This document shows, one piece after another, positions 1 to 9,930 of a DNA stretch of 64,000 nt. The notes under the pieces were generated by a model, which did not search any database, was not told the DNA's origin, and saw only the letters and a list, made by a program, of their open reading frames with translations. The translations under genes were made by a program, and so were the position numbers. Position 1 is the first letter of the stretch. Each line of letters starts with the position of its first letter. The stretch comes from Eledone cirrhosa (lineage: Eukaryota), in NCBI GenBank assembly GCA_964016885.1, contig OZ024740.1:2604001-2668000 (forward strand), in the 5' to 3' direction.

Positions 1-676
1 GTCTTGTTTTCGAGAATAGTATATCTATGGCTACATTATCAAATGTGAGCTTTCCTTTTCTAAAACAGTAAGTTGTGATTTTGACTGCCATTTCTAACAT
101 GTTACACATAAACTTTCTAAATGGGTCAGTGTAAACACATTGAGTTATTGACTTAAGACTTCATTATATAAAGTTATGGAATCTTGTAATACCTTACAAG
201 TCGTGTGTTTAATACTTGCGACACTTAAGAACTTTGTAGATGGTGGGTTCTTTTGTAAGGCAGGGGAGCTAGCACTTTGTAAAATACTTTAAATTGGTTT
301 TACAAAGTTTGTTAACTTCATATAAGCAGTTTTAAGAACTCGAATCAATAAAATTTGCGGCGTTGTGGAATCTTGTGGAATTCGAAATATTTGGGGAATT
401 GGGCCGCTGACAAGACAATTTTTTTTATTATCATTGGTGCCTCGTCTCACTGAATTATAAGGCTGCTTGGCTATTTCAGCAGCTTCAGTCCCGTTATCGC
501 CCGTGGTAACACTGTATGTGTTTTATGTTGCATAAACATCTTTTAGAGGGAAACACCAGCTTTCCCTGTTGTAACCGAGGAGGTGTGCATGTATTTTCCT
601 TTATTTTTCTCATTCATACTTCTTGATTTGTTTCTTTTGGATGGGTTCTTTTTATAGGTAAGTTAGAATGAAAATC

Positions 677-677
<1 letters not shown>

Positions 678-745
<68 letters not shown>

Positions 746-746
746 T
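678..746. repeat. (TA)n microsatellite
   Basis: Direct reading of the sequence. Confidence 0.95.
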
Positions 747-1010
747 AGGGTAAAGGGTAAAGGGTAAATAAAGTTCCCTACCGAGGCATAAGTCCGTGCA
801 AGGTTGTTTGTGGAAGACCAGCAGTATCCCTTTCCACGCCACCGATGTTGTCCAAGGGAAAGGTAAAGGCTGATACAGCTTGGCACTAGTGACTTCGCAA
901 TTCATTTCTACAGCTGAGTAAACTGGAGTAACGTGAAGTAAAGTGCCTTGCTCAAGGACACAACCTTACGATTGCAAGCCTGACGCTCTAACCACTAGGC
1001 CATACGCCAC
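747..1010 (-). mobile_element. tRNA-derived CORE-type SINE with (TTTACCC)n tail; B box deleted
   Basis: Minus strand reads GTGGCGTATGGCCTAGTGGTTAGAGCGTCAGGCTTGCAATC (tRNA-like head, A box TGGCCTAGTGG), then TTGTGTCCTTGAGCAAGGCACTTTA (CORE-domain-like), and ends in TTTACCC repeats. Family recognised from memory. Confidence 0.75.
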
Positions 1011-1109
1011 ACACGCATATATATATTCTATTTTTAACTGTTGGTCAATCAATGATAAACATTGATTACCACTTAAATTATTTATGGAAATATATAGAAA
1101 AATATAAGT

Positions 1110-1237
1110 ATGCACACGTACACACACACACACACACACATATATATACACATATATGTATATACATACACACATGTATCTACACATATATGTATATACA
1201 TACACACACATATATACATATATATATATGTATGTAT
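1110..1237. repeat. Mixed (CA)/(TA) low-complexity microsatellite
   Basis: Direct reading. Confidence 0.9.
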
Positions 1238-1269
1238 GGGTTATATCGAATATTAATGATTTTTATATA

Positions 1270-1450
1270 GGCACAAGGCCAGTAATTTGGGGGGAGGGGA
1301 AAGTCAATTAAATCGACTCCAGTACATTATTGGTACTTTATTTTAACGACCCGTAAGGATGAAAGGCAAAGTTAACCTCGGCGGGATTTGAACTCAGACC
1401 GTAAAGGGCCGTAACTCTTTGCTTCAAAGCATGGTGTCCGCCTCTCTAAT
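1270..1450 (-). mobile_element. tRNA-derived SINE with Nin-like central domain (degenerate)
   Basis: Minus strand has B box GAGTTCAAATCCC followed by GCCTTTCATCCTTACGGGTCGTTAAAATAAAGTACCA, which resembles the Nin-type domain of mollusc SINEs. Confidence 0.7.
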
Positions 1451-1462
1451 GATGTTCGATTC

Positions 1463-1575
1463 GTTTGTAAACAAACGGCCCGATTTGAAGCTGTGCTGTG
1501 TCGGTGACCGATCGTCACCTGTTTGTTCAACACTGGCTTTGAGGAACAATCAACATCTTTCTGGTATCAGCTGTG
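1463..1575 (-). mobile_element. Diverged fragment of the hammerhead-bearing ~430-bp element family
   Basis: Shares GTTTGTAAACAAAC, CCCG, GTTTGTTCAACACTG, AGGAAC and TTTC..TCAG in the same order as 5066-5180. Confidence 0.6.
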
Positions 1576-1616
1576 CTAGGGCGAAAAATACAATTCTAAT
1601 TTTATTTTTATATTTC

Positions 1617-1701
1617 ACTTTCCTAGATAAATTAAATATTAGTTTTACTTTCCTAGATAAATTAAATATTAGTTTTACTTTCCTAGATAAATTAAATATT
1701 A
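1617..1701. repeat. 30-bp tandem repeat, ~2.8 copies
   Basis: TCCTAGATAAATTAAATATTA recurs at 1621, 1651 and 1681. Confidence 0.95.
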
Positions 1702-1788
1702 CTTTCCAGTTCAAAGAGAAAAGAGAAAGCATATTAAAAATATGAAATATTTTATTTAACAAAATCTATATAACCTTTTAAAGCGTAA

Positions 1789-1914
1789 CCGTCATTTGGG
1801 TTGCCCAGAAGTGACGGCAAAAGACCTGACGGCCTTACCCTGTACCCCTGGTGGAGAGGCAGGTGCCTTGTCTGGGACGTCACTGTTAGTGACTCTTTTG
1901 CTCTTTCCCACATC
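1789..1914 (+). pseudogene. Fragment of restriction-like endonuclease domain from a CRE-type non-LTR retrotransposon
   Basis: Manual translation in a frame missing from the ORF track gives [38 protein letters not shown], fitting the RPDG..PW..G....WDVT pattern. A TAA sits where the E of the EP motif is expected. Confidence 0.75.
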
Positions 1915-2409
1915 CCGTGGTGGCTTGGTTGTTCACCCCTTCCTTTACATTTTCTTTAATATTGTAACATTAAAAGAATATATCTTTCTGAAAGAATCGC
2001 GTGCAATTTATAATGTCATCTAAGCATTTGTAATGTTATTTATGTATATATTTAAACATATTTGTTATGTAAAAAAAAAAAATAACCGTCAAATAGAGAG
2101 AGAGTAAAAGAAAAAAAAGGTAAAGGAAAAAAGAAAGAGAAAATGGTTTTCCATAAAACATTATACTGAGATTTGGCTGTGTTAAAGGAATTGTGGTCAT
2201 TCCATTCTGAACAACGAACGTGTAATCTCTATCACCAACTAACTTGCCCCCCCCCCCCCCTCTGGATCTCGGCTGACAGCATGGAGAATACATTGTCTCA
2301 GAGAATGGCGAGGGAGGCGCGCTGAAACTGCCGCTCCACTTCGAGGGGTCCCGCACGTGCGGGTGGTCAACTCCACCCTCATAGCATAATGATCTATATA
2401 GCAAACAGT

Positions 2410-2600
2410 CAACTAGTGACCGGCTACGTAGTCGCTCAATATAGTAGAAATAGCAGTCAAATCCCTCACAAACTACACTCTATCATCTTGTAGAAGGAAA
2501 GGACACATTTAATAACGGTATAGTCCTATGTTTACTAACCTGGAAAGCAAAACAGAATGGCCACGGCTGGAACGGCTTTGATAATAGGCCTGTACAACTT
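2410..2600 (+). mobile_element. Degenerate interspersed repeat fragment (SINE/LINE 3'-like)
   Basis: TAGAAATAGCAGTCAAATCCCTC...GGAAAGGACACATT...GAATGGCCACGGCTGGAACGGCTTTGAT resembles an abundant octopus repeat; recognition only. Confidence 0.35.
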
Positions 2601-2854
2601 GGGGAAAGCTAAATCTAAACAATAAACACAACAGTAGCTGCCGTTTTCGACATGGTTGTAAATATAAGAAATAGTCAAATTCAAGGGAAATAACTCTGAA
2701 TCTTTCTTCACAGAATTTCATCAAAACTAAATATATATTCTAGGAGTGGTTTAATTAATAATAATCTTATGAATAACATCCACGTGAGCGCGATGAATTG
2801 TGTATGTCTATGTTTCTGTATCTATATGTTTGTGTATGTATATGTTTGTGTATG

Positions 2855-2957
<103 letters not shown>

Positions 2958-3021
2958 GTAAATATACACGGGTGTGTATGATTGTGTATAGAAGAATATA
3001 TTAATAAGAGGAATTCCAATT

Positions 3022-3257
3022 CCTTAGGGGTATCTGACGGACATTTGGGTCTCTGATTTGCTGACGGTGTACCCGTGCACGTTCCGATAGTGCATTTCCA
3101 GTTTGACCGACATATAGTTCTTCACAATTCGGGCATTTAATGCAGTAAATTAGATTTCTGCTTTTGCAGTTCATATTTGCATTTGGGAATATTTTTCCAG
3201 TTTTTGTTTTCATATATTGACCAGCGTGTATTGTTTTCATATATTGACCGGCGTGTA
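3022..3257 (-). pseudogene. GIY-YIG endonuclease N-terminal half (inverted fragment)
   Basis: LIY-CIKCPNC-EELYVGQTG motif in ORF 3001..3285; includes a 27-bp tandem duplication at 3204-3257. Confidence 0.85.
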
Positions 3258-3293
3258 GTATATATATATACATACATGCACACATATATATAT

Positions 3294-3482
3294 GTACACC
3301 GTCAACAAATCAGAGACCCAAATGTCCGTCAGATACCCCTAAGTAACCATCTAGCAACATGTGGTCAGGGAATATTTATAATATTCCCATTCTACAAATT
3401 ACACAGCCCAAGTGAAATCAAGAGAAAAATCAAAGAAAAGAATTTTATTGATAAATTCAAACCCAAGCTAAATGAACAATAA
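3294..3482 (+). pseudogene. GIY-YIG endonuclease C-terminal half
   Basis: Tail of ORF 3177..3482 with conserved H, E and the terminal P-x-LN motif. Confidence 0.8.
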
Positions 3483-3529
3483 TAACGCCTAGGGGTATTA
3501 CTTCTACTACCACTATGACTACGACCACT

Positions 3530-3562
<33 letters not shown>

Positions 3563-3578
3563 AATAATAATAATAATA
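3530..3578. repeat. (AAC)n(AAT)n microsatellite
   Basis: Direct reading. Confidence 0.9.
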
Positions 3579-3879
3579 AAAGTGATGTTGATGGTGATGA
3601 TTAATAGAAAATGCTATTTTCATCATTTCTAAAAATAGCAAAACAATTGATGCTTTGGATATGATTAATTATTGGTCGTTAGACATGCTCAACCAGCCGT
3701 GACGCTTAAACCAATCAGCTTTAGTAATTCAGTGAAACTACACACTGATTGGTCGAAATACAGTTTGCAGGGCTTAGCATTCTGGAGCCACTTTTCCCTG
3801 TATAAAATGTATGAAAGGTAGGAAATTTACCCATCTTATTACAGTTGAAAATTGCAAACTTGACTGTCACCACATATTA

Positions 3880-3918
3880 TGAACCTGAAGATTGCGAAAG
3901 CATGAAAGTACTTGTTCA
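3880..3918 (+). ncRNA. Minimal type I hammerhead ribozyme motif (Penelope-associated)
   Basis: TGAAC-CTGAAGA-T-TGC-GAAA-GCA-T-GAA-AGTACT-T-GTTCA: stem I TGAAC/GTTCA, intact core boxes, GNRA-capped stem II, palindromic stem III. Confidence 0.75.
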
Positions 3919-4027
3919 ATTAACACTTAGAATTTAATATTCTATCATACTATATCATTATAATACCATTATAAATTTTAAAGGATTGTAAATAAAACGA
4001 GTAAATCAGACAAAGTTGGAATTCCTC

Positions 4028-4033
<6 letters not shown>

Positions 4034-4098
<65 letters not shown>

Positions 4099-4152
4099 AC
4101 GAAGGAAATGTGGTACGGAACCAGAAGGACCATAACGCACCAAATTACTCAA

Positions 4153-4200
<48 letters not shown>
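4034..4200. repeat. (TA)n/(CA)n tracts separated by a short unique spacer
   Basis: Direct reading. Confidence 0.85.
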
Positions 4201-4203
<3 letters not shown>

Positions 4204-4565
4204 TAAACGGAAACGAAAATGCTGACAAATTGTTCCCAGTGAAAGATAGTTTAATTAGGAAAAAGTAAAAATTAGTAATAGTATTGGTTAGTATTCAGTT
4301 TTGGTTTTAAGTTTTACCGGTTGCGCATTTCTAATGCTTTTCAAAAATAATTTTGAGATAGAGCGCCCGTGATGTTTGCTCTAATCTGATTAGTTTTGGA
4401 AATTCTACCTGTTTTATGTGAAAAAAGTGGCTCCAGATGTATTTAAATTAGTTTCGCGCCAATTCGTGTTGCAAAAATTCTTGTGGTCAAAACAATTTTG
4501 ATTGGTCGGTAGAGGTCATTTGAATGTTAAAAATTGATTTAGTGCCAAATGTAGGTTTGTGTCGG

Positions 4566-4568
<3 letters not shown>

Positions 4569-4629
<61 letters not shown>
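4569..4629. repeat. (AT)n microsatellite
   Basis: Direct reading. Confidence 0.95.
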
Positions 4630-4633
<4 letters not shown>

Positions 4634-4674
4634 CGAAACATAAGTCAATTGCATGAACTCATAACCCTTTATTT

Positions 4675-4731
4675 ACTGGTATATATATTTCGATGGTAAC
4701 CATTGCATGGCTATGACCTCATCAGGCAGTT
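4675..4731 (-). ncRNA. Degenerate minimal hammerhead motif
   Basis: Minus strand reads ACTGC-CTGATGA-GGTCATAGCCATGCAATGGTTACCATC-GAA-ATATATAT-A-CCAGT. Stem II is TAGCCAT/ATGGTTA, stem III is palindromic, and there is a C-C mismatch at the base of stem I. Confidence 0.5.
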
Positions 4732-4788
4732 AGTCAGTTCTTAGATATGTCAGATGTGTGTTTATAGTGTTGATGGTATCAGAGCCTT

Positions 4789-4929
<141 letters not shown>

Positions 4930-5143
4930 GTATATAAGTATGTATACGTACATACATATATGTATACAGACGTACAGTAGTATGTATATATATATACATA
5001 CATGCACACACATATATATATATGTACATATGGATTCACCGAACATTTATTATAATGCTCGGTGTGTTTGTAAACAAACATCCCGTATTAAGCCGTAGTG
5101 TCTAGCAACCATCGTTGCTCGTTTGTTCAACACTGACAAAGGA

Positions 5144-5186
5144 ACGCTGTACTAGTTTCAAGCTTATTAGCTATTGTCAGCAACGT
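5144..5186 (-). ncRNA. Hammerhead motif with core mutation (CTGACAA)
   Basis: Reverse complement equals 5537-5579 except G8 to A in the CUGANGA box. Confidence 0.65.
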
Positions 5187-5536
5187 ATACCTTCCTGCCA
5201 GATGGTTGAACGTCTGAAAGTATAAACTTTCCTTATGCACATTAACGGCTCAGCAGCCTAATTTGTATATCGAGTGAGTTAATCGGCCGGGGTACCGAAA
5301 ACGATAAACGGAAAAATGAAACGAAATTTCATTTCCCACTCTTAGTACGGCTGTTACTTAAATATAAGTATGTATACGTACATACATATATGTATACAGA
5401 CGTACAGTAGTATGTATATATATACATACATGCACATATATATATGTACGTATGGATTCACCGAACATTTATTATAATGCTCGGTATGTTTGTAAACAAA
5501 CATCCCGTATTAAGCCGTTGTGTGGCAGGAAGGTAT

Positions 5537-5579
5537 ACGTTGCTGACGATAGCTAATAAGCTTGAAACTAGTACAGCGT
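5537..5579 (+). ncRNA. Minimal type I hammerhead ribozyme, intact core
   Basis: ACGTTG-CTGACGA-T-AGCT-AATA-AGCT-T-GAA-ACTAGT-A-CAGCGT: 6-bp stem I (one G-U), 4-bp stem II, palindromic stem III, GUA triplet with predicted cleavage after 5573. Confidence 0.8.
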
Positions 5580-5809
5580 TCCTTTGTCAGTGTTGAACAA
5601 ACGAGCAACGATGGTTGCTAGACACTACTGCTTACTACGGGATGTTTGTTTACAAACACACCGAGCATTATAATAAATGTTCGGTGAATCCATACGTAAA
5701 TATATATATGTGTGCATGTATGTATATATATATACACACTACTGTACGTCTGTATACATATATGTATGTACGTATACATACTTATATTTAAGTAACAGCC
5801 GTACTAAGA

Positions 5810-6188
5810 AAATAGCAGAACCACACCCCACCCCCAGAAAAACAAATGCACAGCAATAAATACACACAACAAGAAACTAATGACTTACATAATTGAACAC
5901 ACAGACATTTCACAACACGACTACATAATACCAGTACCAATCAAAACGCCAACTAACATAAGACTGCTAAAAATAGCACAGAAACAATACACAAGCATTA
6001 AAACGAAATTCCCCAACGCAGTTGGTGATTTCAGAGACCTAGGAGGAACTATCAACAGAAGAGTATATTCGGACATACTCATAGAAGAGCCGACGACCAG
6101 CCGAAGGGACGATTCAACGGTCCCTTCACCAGACGATCAAGTGAAAAGGGATGGAAAAACCATCCCTCCTCTACGAAAAGTACGGTAA
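5810..6188 (+). pseudogene. Probable ORF1 C-terminal remnant of the Tx1/L1 element
   Basis: A-rich ORF (5880..6188) ending 35 bp before the ORF2 ATG; positional inference only. Confidence 0.55.
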
Positions 6189-6223
6189 GTGGTCTTTCCC
6201 ATCTTTTCCACTCTATTTTAAAC

Positions 6224-9200
6224 ATGACCTCACTCAGAATAGGCAGCATAAATGCGCGTGGCTTGGGGGTCGTCATGGAAGCAGGGTCACCTGCTCAACG
6301 ACCTCAGGTCACTAAACATAGATGTAGTGGCCATCAGCGATACCAGAATCTCCGAAGCACGGGCCTTCGCACCGATCTTCGGCGGCTACGATGTGTACGC
6401 ATCTCCCAGCCGTCCTGGATCGGGGGGGGGGGGGGGGGTTGCTGTGCTTTTTCGGAGAGGTTTGGATCTCGCCATACGGGCCATCTTCCTGGACCCAGAG
6501 GGTAAGTTGGTGGTGCTGGACGTGACCAGCGGAGACGGGAAAGCTTTCAGGCTAGTGGCCGTCTATGCCCCGACAGGAGCAGGGTCGCCTGATTTCTTCC
6601 GGCGTCTGGAGACCTTTCTTGGAACGTCCTGCTCTTTAGTGTTAGTGGGCGACTGGAACGGGATCTTAGATGCACGCTGGGACTGTGTGGGATTAGCGGA
6701 TAGGGGTGGAGGGTGCAAGAGCCTCACCAACCTGCTCAGGCGTTTTGAACTGTCTGACAGGTACCGATTGGATTTCCCGAATGTGCCAATGTAGACTTGG
6801 ACAAATCGCATAGGGTCATCCAGATCATATCTAGATAGAGTATTTTGTAGGGAAATAGATAGGTCTAGCATAGGCTGTCCACAATTCAAGATAGTCAGCT
6901 ACACGGACCACAAATTCGTGATCTGTGTGCTTGACTTAGAGAGGCTTCATAGACGAGGACCCGGCTACTGGAAGCTAAACGCGTCCTTACCAGCTCGCAA
7001 GGCCTACAGAGACCGGATTAGCGAACTAGTTAAGCGGGCGTTGACGGGGGCCATCGTCAACAACAAGTGGTGGTTTGCTCTGAAAAGAGCCATTAGAATA
7101 GAATCGATTAGGTTTAGTAAGGCTTTAGCAATAGAGAAAAATAGAGCAGAGGGAGAACTAGTTAGAAAATTAGACGAGGCGCTTAGCAAAGGCATTGCAA
7201 CTGACGTGCTTGCGGCGAAATTGGCCCTTGACCAATTCTTCAATGCAAAGCACGAAGGCTGCGTTGTCAGAGCAAGGGTGCGTGCTCTCAGACACGAGGG
7301 GACGAAAGCCGTTCAATGGGCCCGAGTGGTGGAGGCGCGTCGTGGCAACAAAGCCACGATCCGGTCTTTGGTGGACCACGACGGGCGCATGCTACTCGAT
7401 CCCGGGCAAATGTGTGAAGCTTTTCAGCGACACTTCGCTCAGCTGTTCGGGGGCAGCGGTGGGCCGGGTCGAGGGATGGACTTTAGTGTCTACCTCGACG
7501 GACTGCCGCGGCTCTCGGCCACTGAGGCGAAGTGTTGCGAAAAGCCGATAACAGCCGCTGAAGTAAGGGAGGCAATGACTGGCTGCACAAGGGGTAAATC
7601 GCCTGGTTTGGATGGTCTGCCCTATGAACTTTACGTACAGATGCCAGACTTGTTTGGAGGCCTCTAAGCGGACGTCTACTGCAACTGGCAACAGAACGGG
7701 AGAATTCCCAGTTTTGTGAGCCGAGGAGCGGTGGCACTGCTGAGAAAGGATCCGAACAAGGGGTAACATAGATAATTTCCGGCCCATAACTCTGCTAAAC
7801 ACAGAGTTCAAGATTTTGGCCAAGGTGCTAGCAAAGAGGTTGGCGCTTGTCGTTGATGGTCTGGTGGGAGAGGCGCAGACATGCGCCATTCCCGACAGAT
7901 CCATCCACGACAACCTCCACCTCATACGATACATCGTAGAGAGGGTAGCTAGGAAACCTGGCACGGGTGGGTCCTTGATCAATTTAGATCAGTCGAAAGC
8001 TTTCGATAGGGTCGACCATCGTTACCTAGCGGCAGTCCTGAGGGCGGCTGGCTTTGGGCCCGTCTTCAGAGGCTGGATCGCTGCCAGGCACAGCGACATC
8101 TGCTCTGTGGTGAGAGTGAACGGTCACTTGTCGGAACCGTTCAACATCATGCGCTCGGTCCGCCAAGGATGTCCCCTCTCGTCCCTCTTGTACGTATTGA
8201 CTCTCGAGCCATTACTGCACAAACTGGAGACGTTGAGGGGCGTCCCGCGCGAACTAGGATGTGGAAGATCCGTGTCAGCATATGCGGACGATGTCACCGT
8301 AGTGGTGTTGAACGCCAAACACATCGAGGCCATCGGCACTACACTAAGAGAATACGAAGCGGTGACAGGAGCAATGATCAACCAGGAAAAGTCAGTGGGC
8401 CTGCAGCTCGGCACCTGGAGAGGCAGGTCCATGCCGTCCAACAGCGTCGTCGGACGCTGGACGGACGGACCGGTTAAATTGCTAGGGGTCTGGTTCGGTC
8501 CGGACCTCCAGACGGACAAAAACTGGGACGAGGTGACGAGCAGGGTGGCTTCTCTCACCCAGAAATGGGCGGAGAGGGAGCTATCCCTGAAAGCTCGAGC
8601 GGAGGTGGCTCACGCGTACATCGGGTCTGTCATCTGCTACCGCCTGACCGTCGTACCTTATCCTAAGCCTCGCCTGACTGCGCTGGAGCGTTTGCTCTTT
8701 CGCTTTTTGTGGAAGGGACGCGCTCCGATGGTCAGGCGGTCCATCTGTTGTCAACATCCGCTACGTGGAGGGCTGGGCATGCCGTGGCTGATAATGCGCA
8801 GGCACTCGCTCAGGCTACGACATCTCCACCTCTTCCTCGACGGTGATCACGTGTGGTCGCCGTTTGCTAGACACGTATTTCCCCGGCTCGTTTCGTTGAC
8901 GGAGTTGCAGTCCTGGGTCAAGCGAAGACCGAGAGGGAGCGCCTGGAGACTGGAATGTCTTCAGGCGCTCACAGCCCTCAACCAATCGGGCAATGTGATC
9001 GGTGAAAACTCCACCTCGGCGTTCTATAGAGGATTAGTGGAGGGGAAGAGCGACGACGTACTTGGGGAAACTCTAGGCGTCGACGAAAATCAACTAGCCA
9101 ATCTCTTCGGAAGAACTTTCGGGCCAGGGCCTATGGACAACTTCCAGAAATCTCTGGCCTGGCAGTGCTACCGAGGAGCCTTGCCAGTTCGGGATAAACT

Positions 9201-9648
9201 CTACAGGCATGGAGGTGCCGTCAGCCGGGCATGTCCGAGATGCGCGCAGGGCAACGAAACCATCCTGCACGCACTCGTCCAGTGTCCGAAAATTGCTGAC
9301 TTGTGGGTTTATGACGAACACCTGCTGTCGCGTGTAGGACGGATCCGGCTATCATCTGAGTCCATCGTGAGGATTGCCCCGCCCTCCTCCTTTAGCCGGG
9401 AAGGGCAGGCAGTTTTTATCTGTCTGGTGGCCATGGCGAAAGAGATAGTATGGTGGACACGTTTGAAAGGGCTGAAGACGAGCACTTACCTCTTCGGTGA
9501 TGCTCTGATTGACTTTTTCAAATTTCATTTGAAAAGGAAAATCAGAGTAGAGAGGGAAGTGATCTCTTCCCAGCATTTTGCTGAAAGATGGGTGAGAGAA
9601 GCAAGAATGGCCCGAGTGAATGGGCCTACTCTGAGTATATATCTGTAA
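6224..9648 (+). pseudogene. Disrupted ORF2 (APE endonuclease, reverse transcriptase, zinc knuckle)
   Basis: Motifs SINARGL, VYAP, GDWN, SYLDRV, GPGYWKLN, KSPGLDGLP, LDQSKAFDRVDH, SVRQGCPLS, YADD, GGLG and CPRC..ETILHALVQC. Frameshift near 6270, stops at 6792 and 7665, frameshift near 7770. Confidence 0.93.
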
Positions 9649-9930
9649 ATTAAAGGTGGAAAACTGGGAGAGGGCACTTGCCTTGGTGGTCAGGGTCACT
9701 GTGGCCTTTTACTGGGCTTTCTCCACAAATGTCCCTCCGAAGTCTCCCCCTATTGGGGAATTTTTCATTGTTATTTTTTTGTTACATCCTCTGTTTTTGT
9801 TTTTTACACGCAGAAATGCCCATTTGTACCGGCCTGTATTGTCCTGCACTGTCCTTAATGTATACTTTATGTAAACCCTTGTGGTTAATAAAGAAATCAT
9901 TATTATTATTATTATTATTGTTATTGTTAT

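Larger units (their letters stand above)
3003..4032 (+). mobile_element. Penelope-like element 3' remnant with inverted 5' segment
   Basis: GIY-YIG endonuclease is split. The minus strand at ~3022-3257 encodes NCKSRNLIYCIKCPNCEELYVGQTG..RVHRQQI; the plus strand at 3294-3482 continues VHRQQIRD..SNHLATC..KEKNFIDKFKPKLN-stop. A hammerhead motif follows in the 3' region. 17-bp inverted termini, with TA-rich microsatellites nearby on both sides. Confidence 0.85.
4932..5809. mobile_element. ~430-bp non-coding unit in tandem plus inverted arrangement, carrying a hammerhead (retrozyme/pLTR-like)
   Basis: Copy A 4932-5361, partial direct copy B 5362-5522, inverted copy C 5523-5809. Copies are near-identical by eye. 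Confidence 0.8.
5810..9930 (+). mobile_element. 5'-truncated Tx1/L1-clade LINE
   Basis: ORF1 tail, then APE endonuclease, RT and C-terminal CCHC, then 3' UTR, AATAAA at 9887-9892 and an (ATT)n tail. Confidence 0.93.

Noticed and set aside
747-768. AGGGTAA repeats resembling telomeric sequence
   Set aside because: Only three units, located at the SINE 3' tail.
960-1010. tRNA gene on the minus strand
   Set aside because: No T arm or 3' acceptor strand; it is a SINE head.
2350-2363. 14-bp palindrome CCCGCACGTGCGGG with an E-box core
   Set aside because: Isolated, with no gene or repeated context to support a function.
4560-4650. CTGAT-(AT)n-..GACGAAACATAAGTC as a microsatellite-interrupted hammerhead
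   Set aside because: The core box is incomplete and the flanks cannot form stem I.
4774-4786. TGGTATCAGAGCC, the plant initiator tRNA-Met primer binding site
   Set aside because: No LTR upstream and no gag-pol, and the animal initiator PBS differs; treated as chance.
6184-6190. GGTAAGT splice donor at the ORF1 stop
   Set aside because: No matching acceptor or spliced product is evident; the junction at 16570 does not use it.
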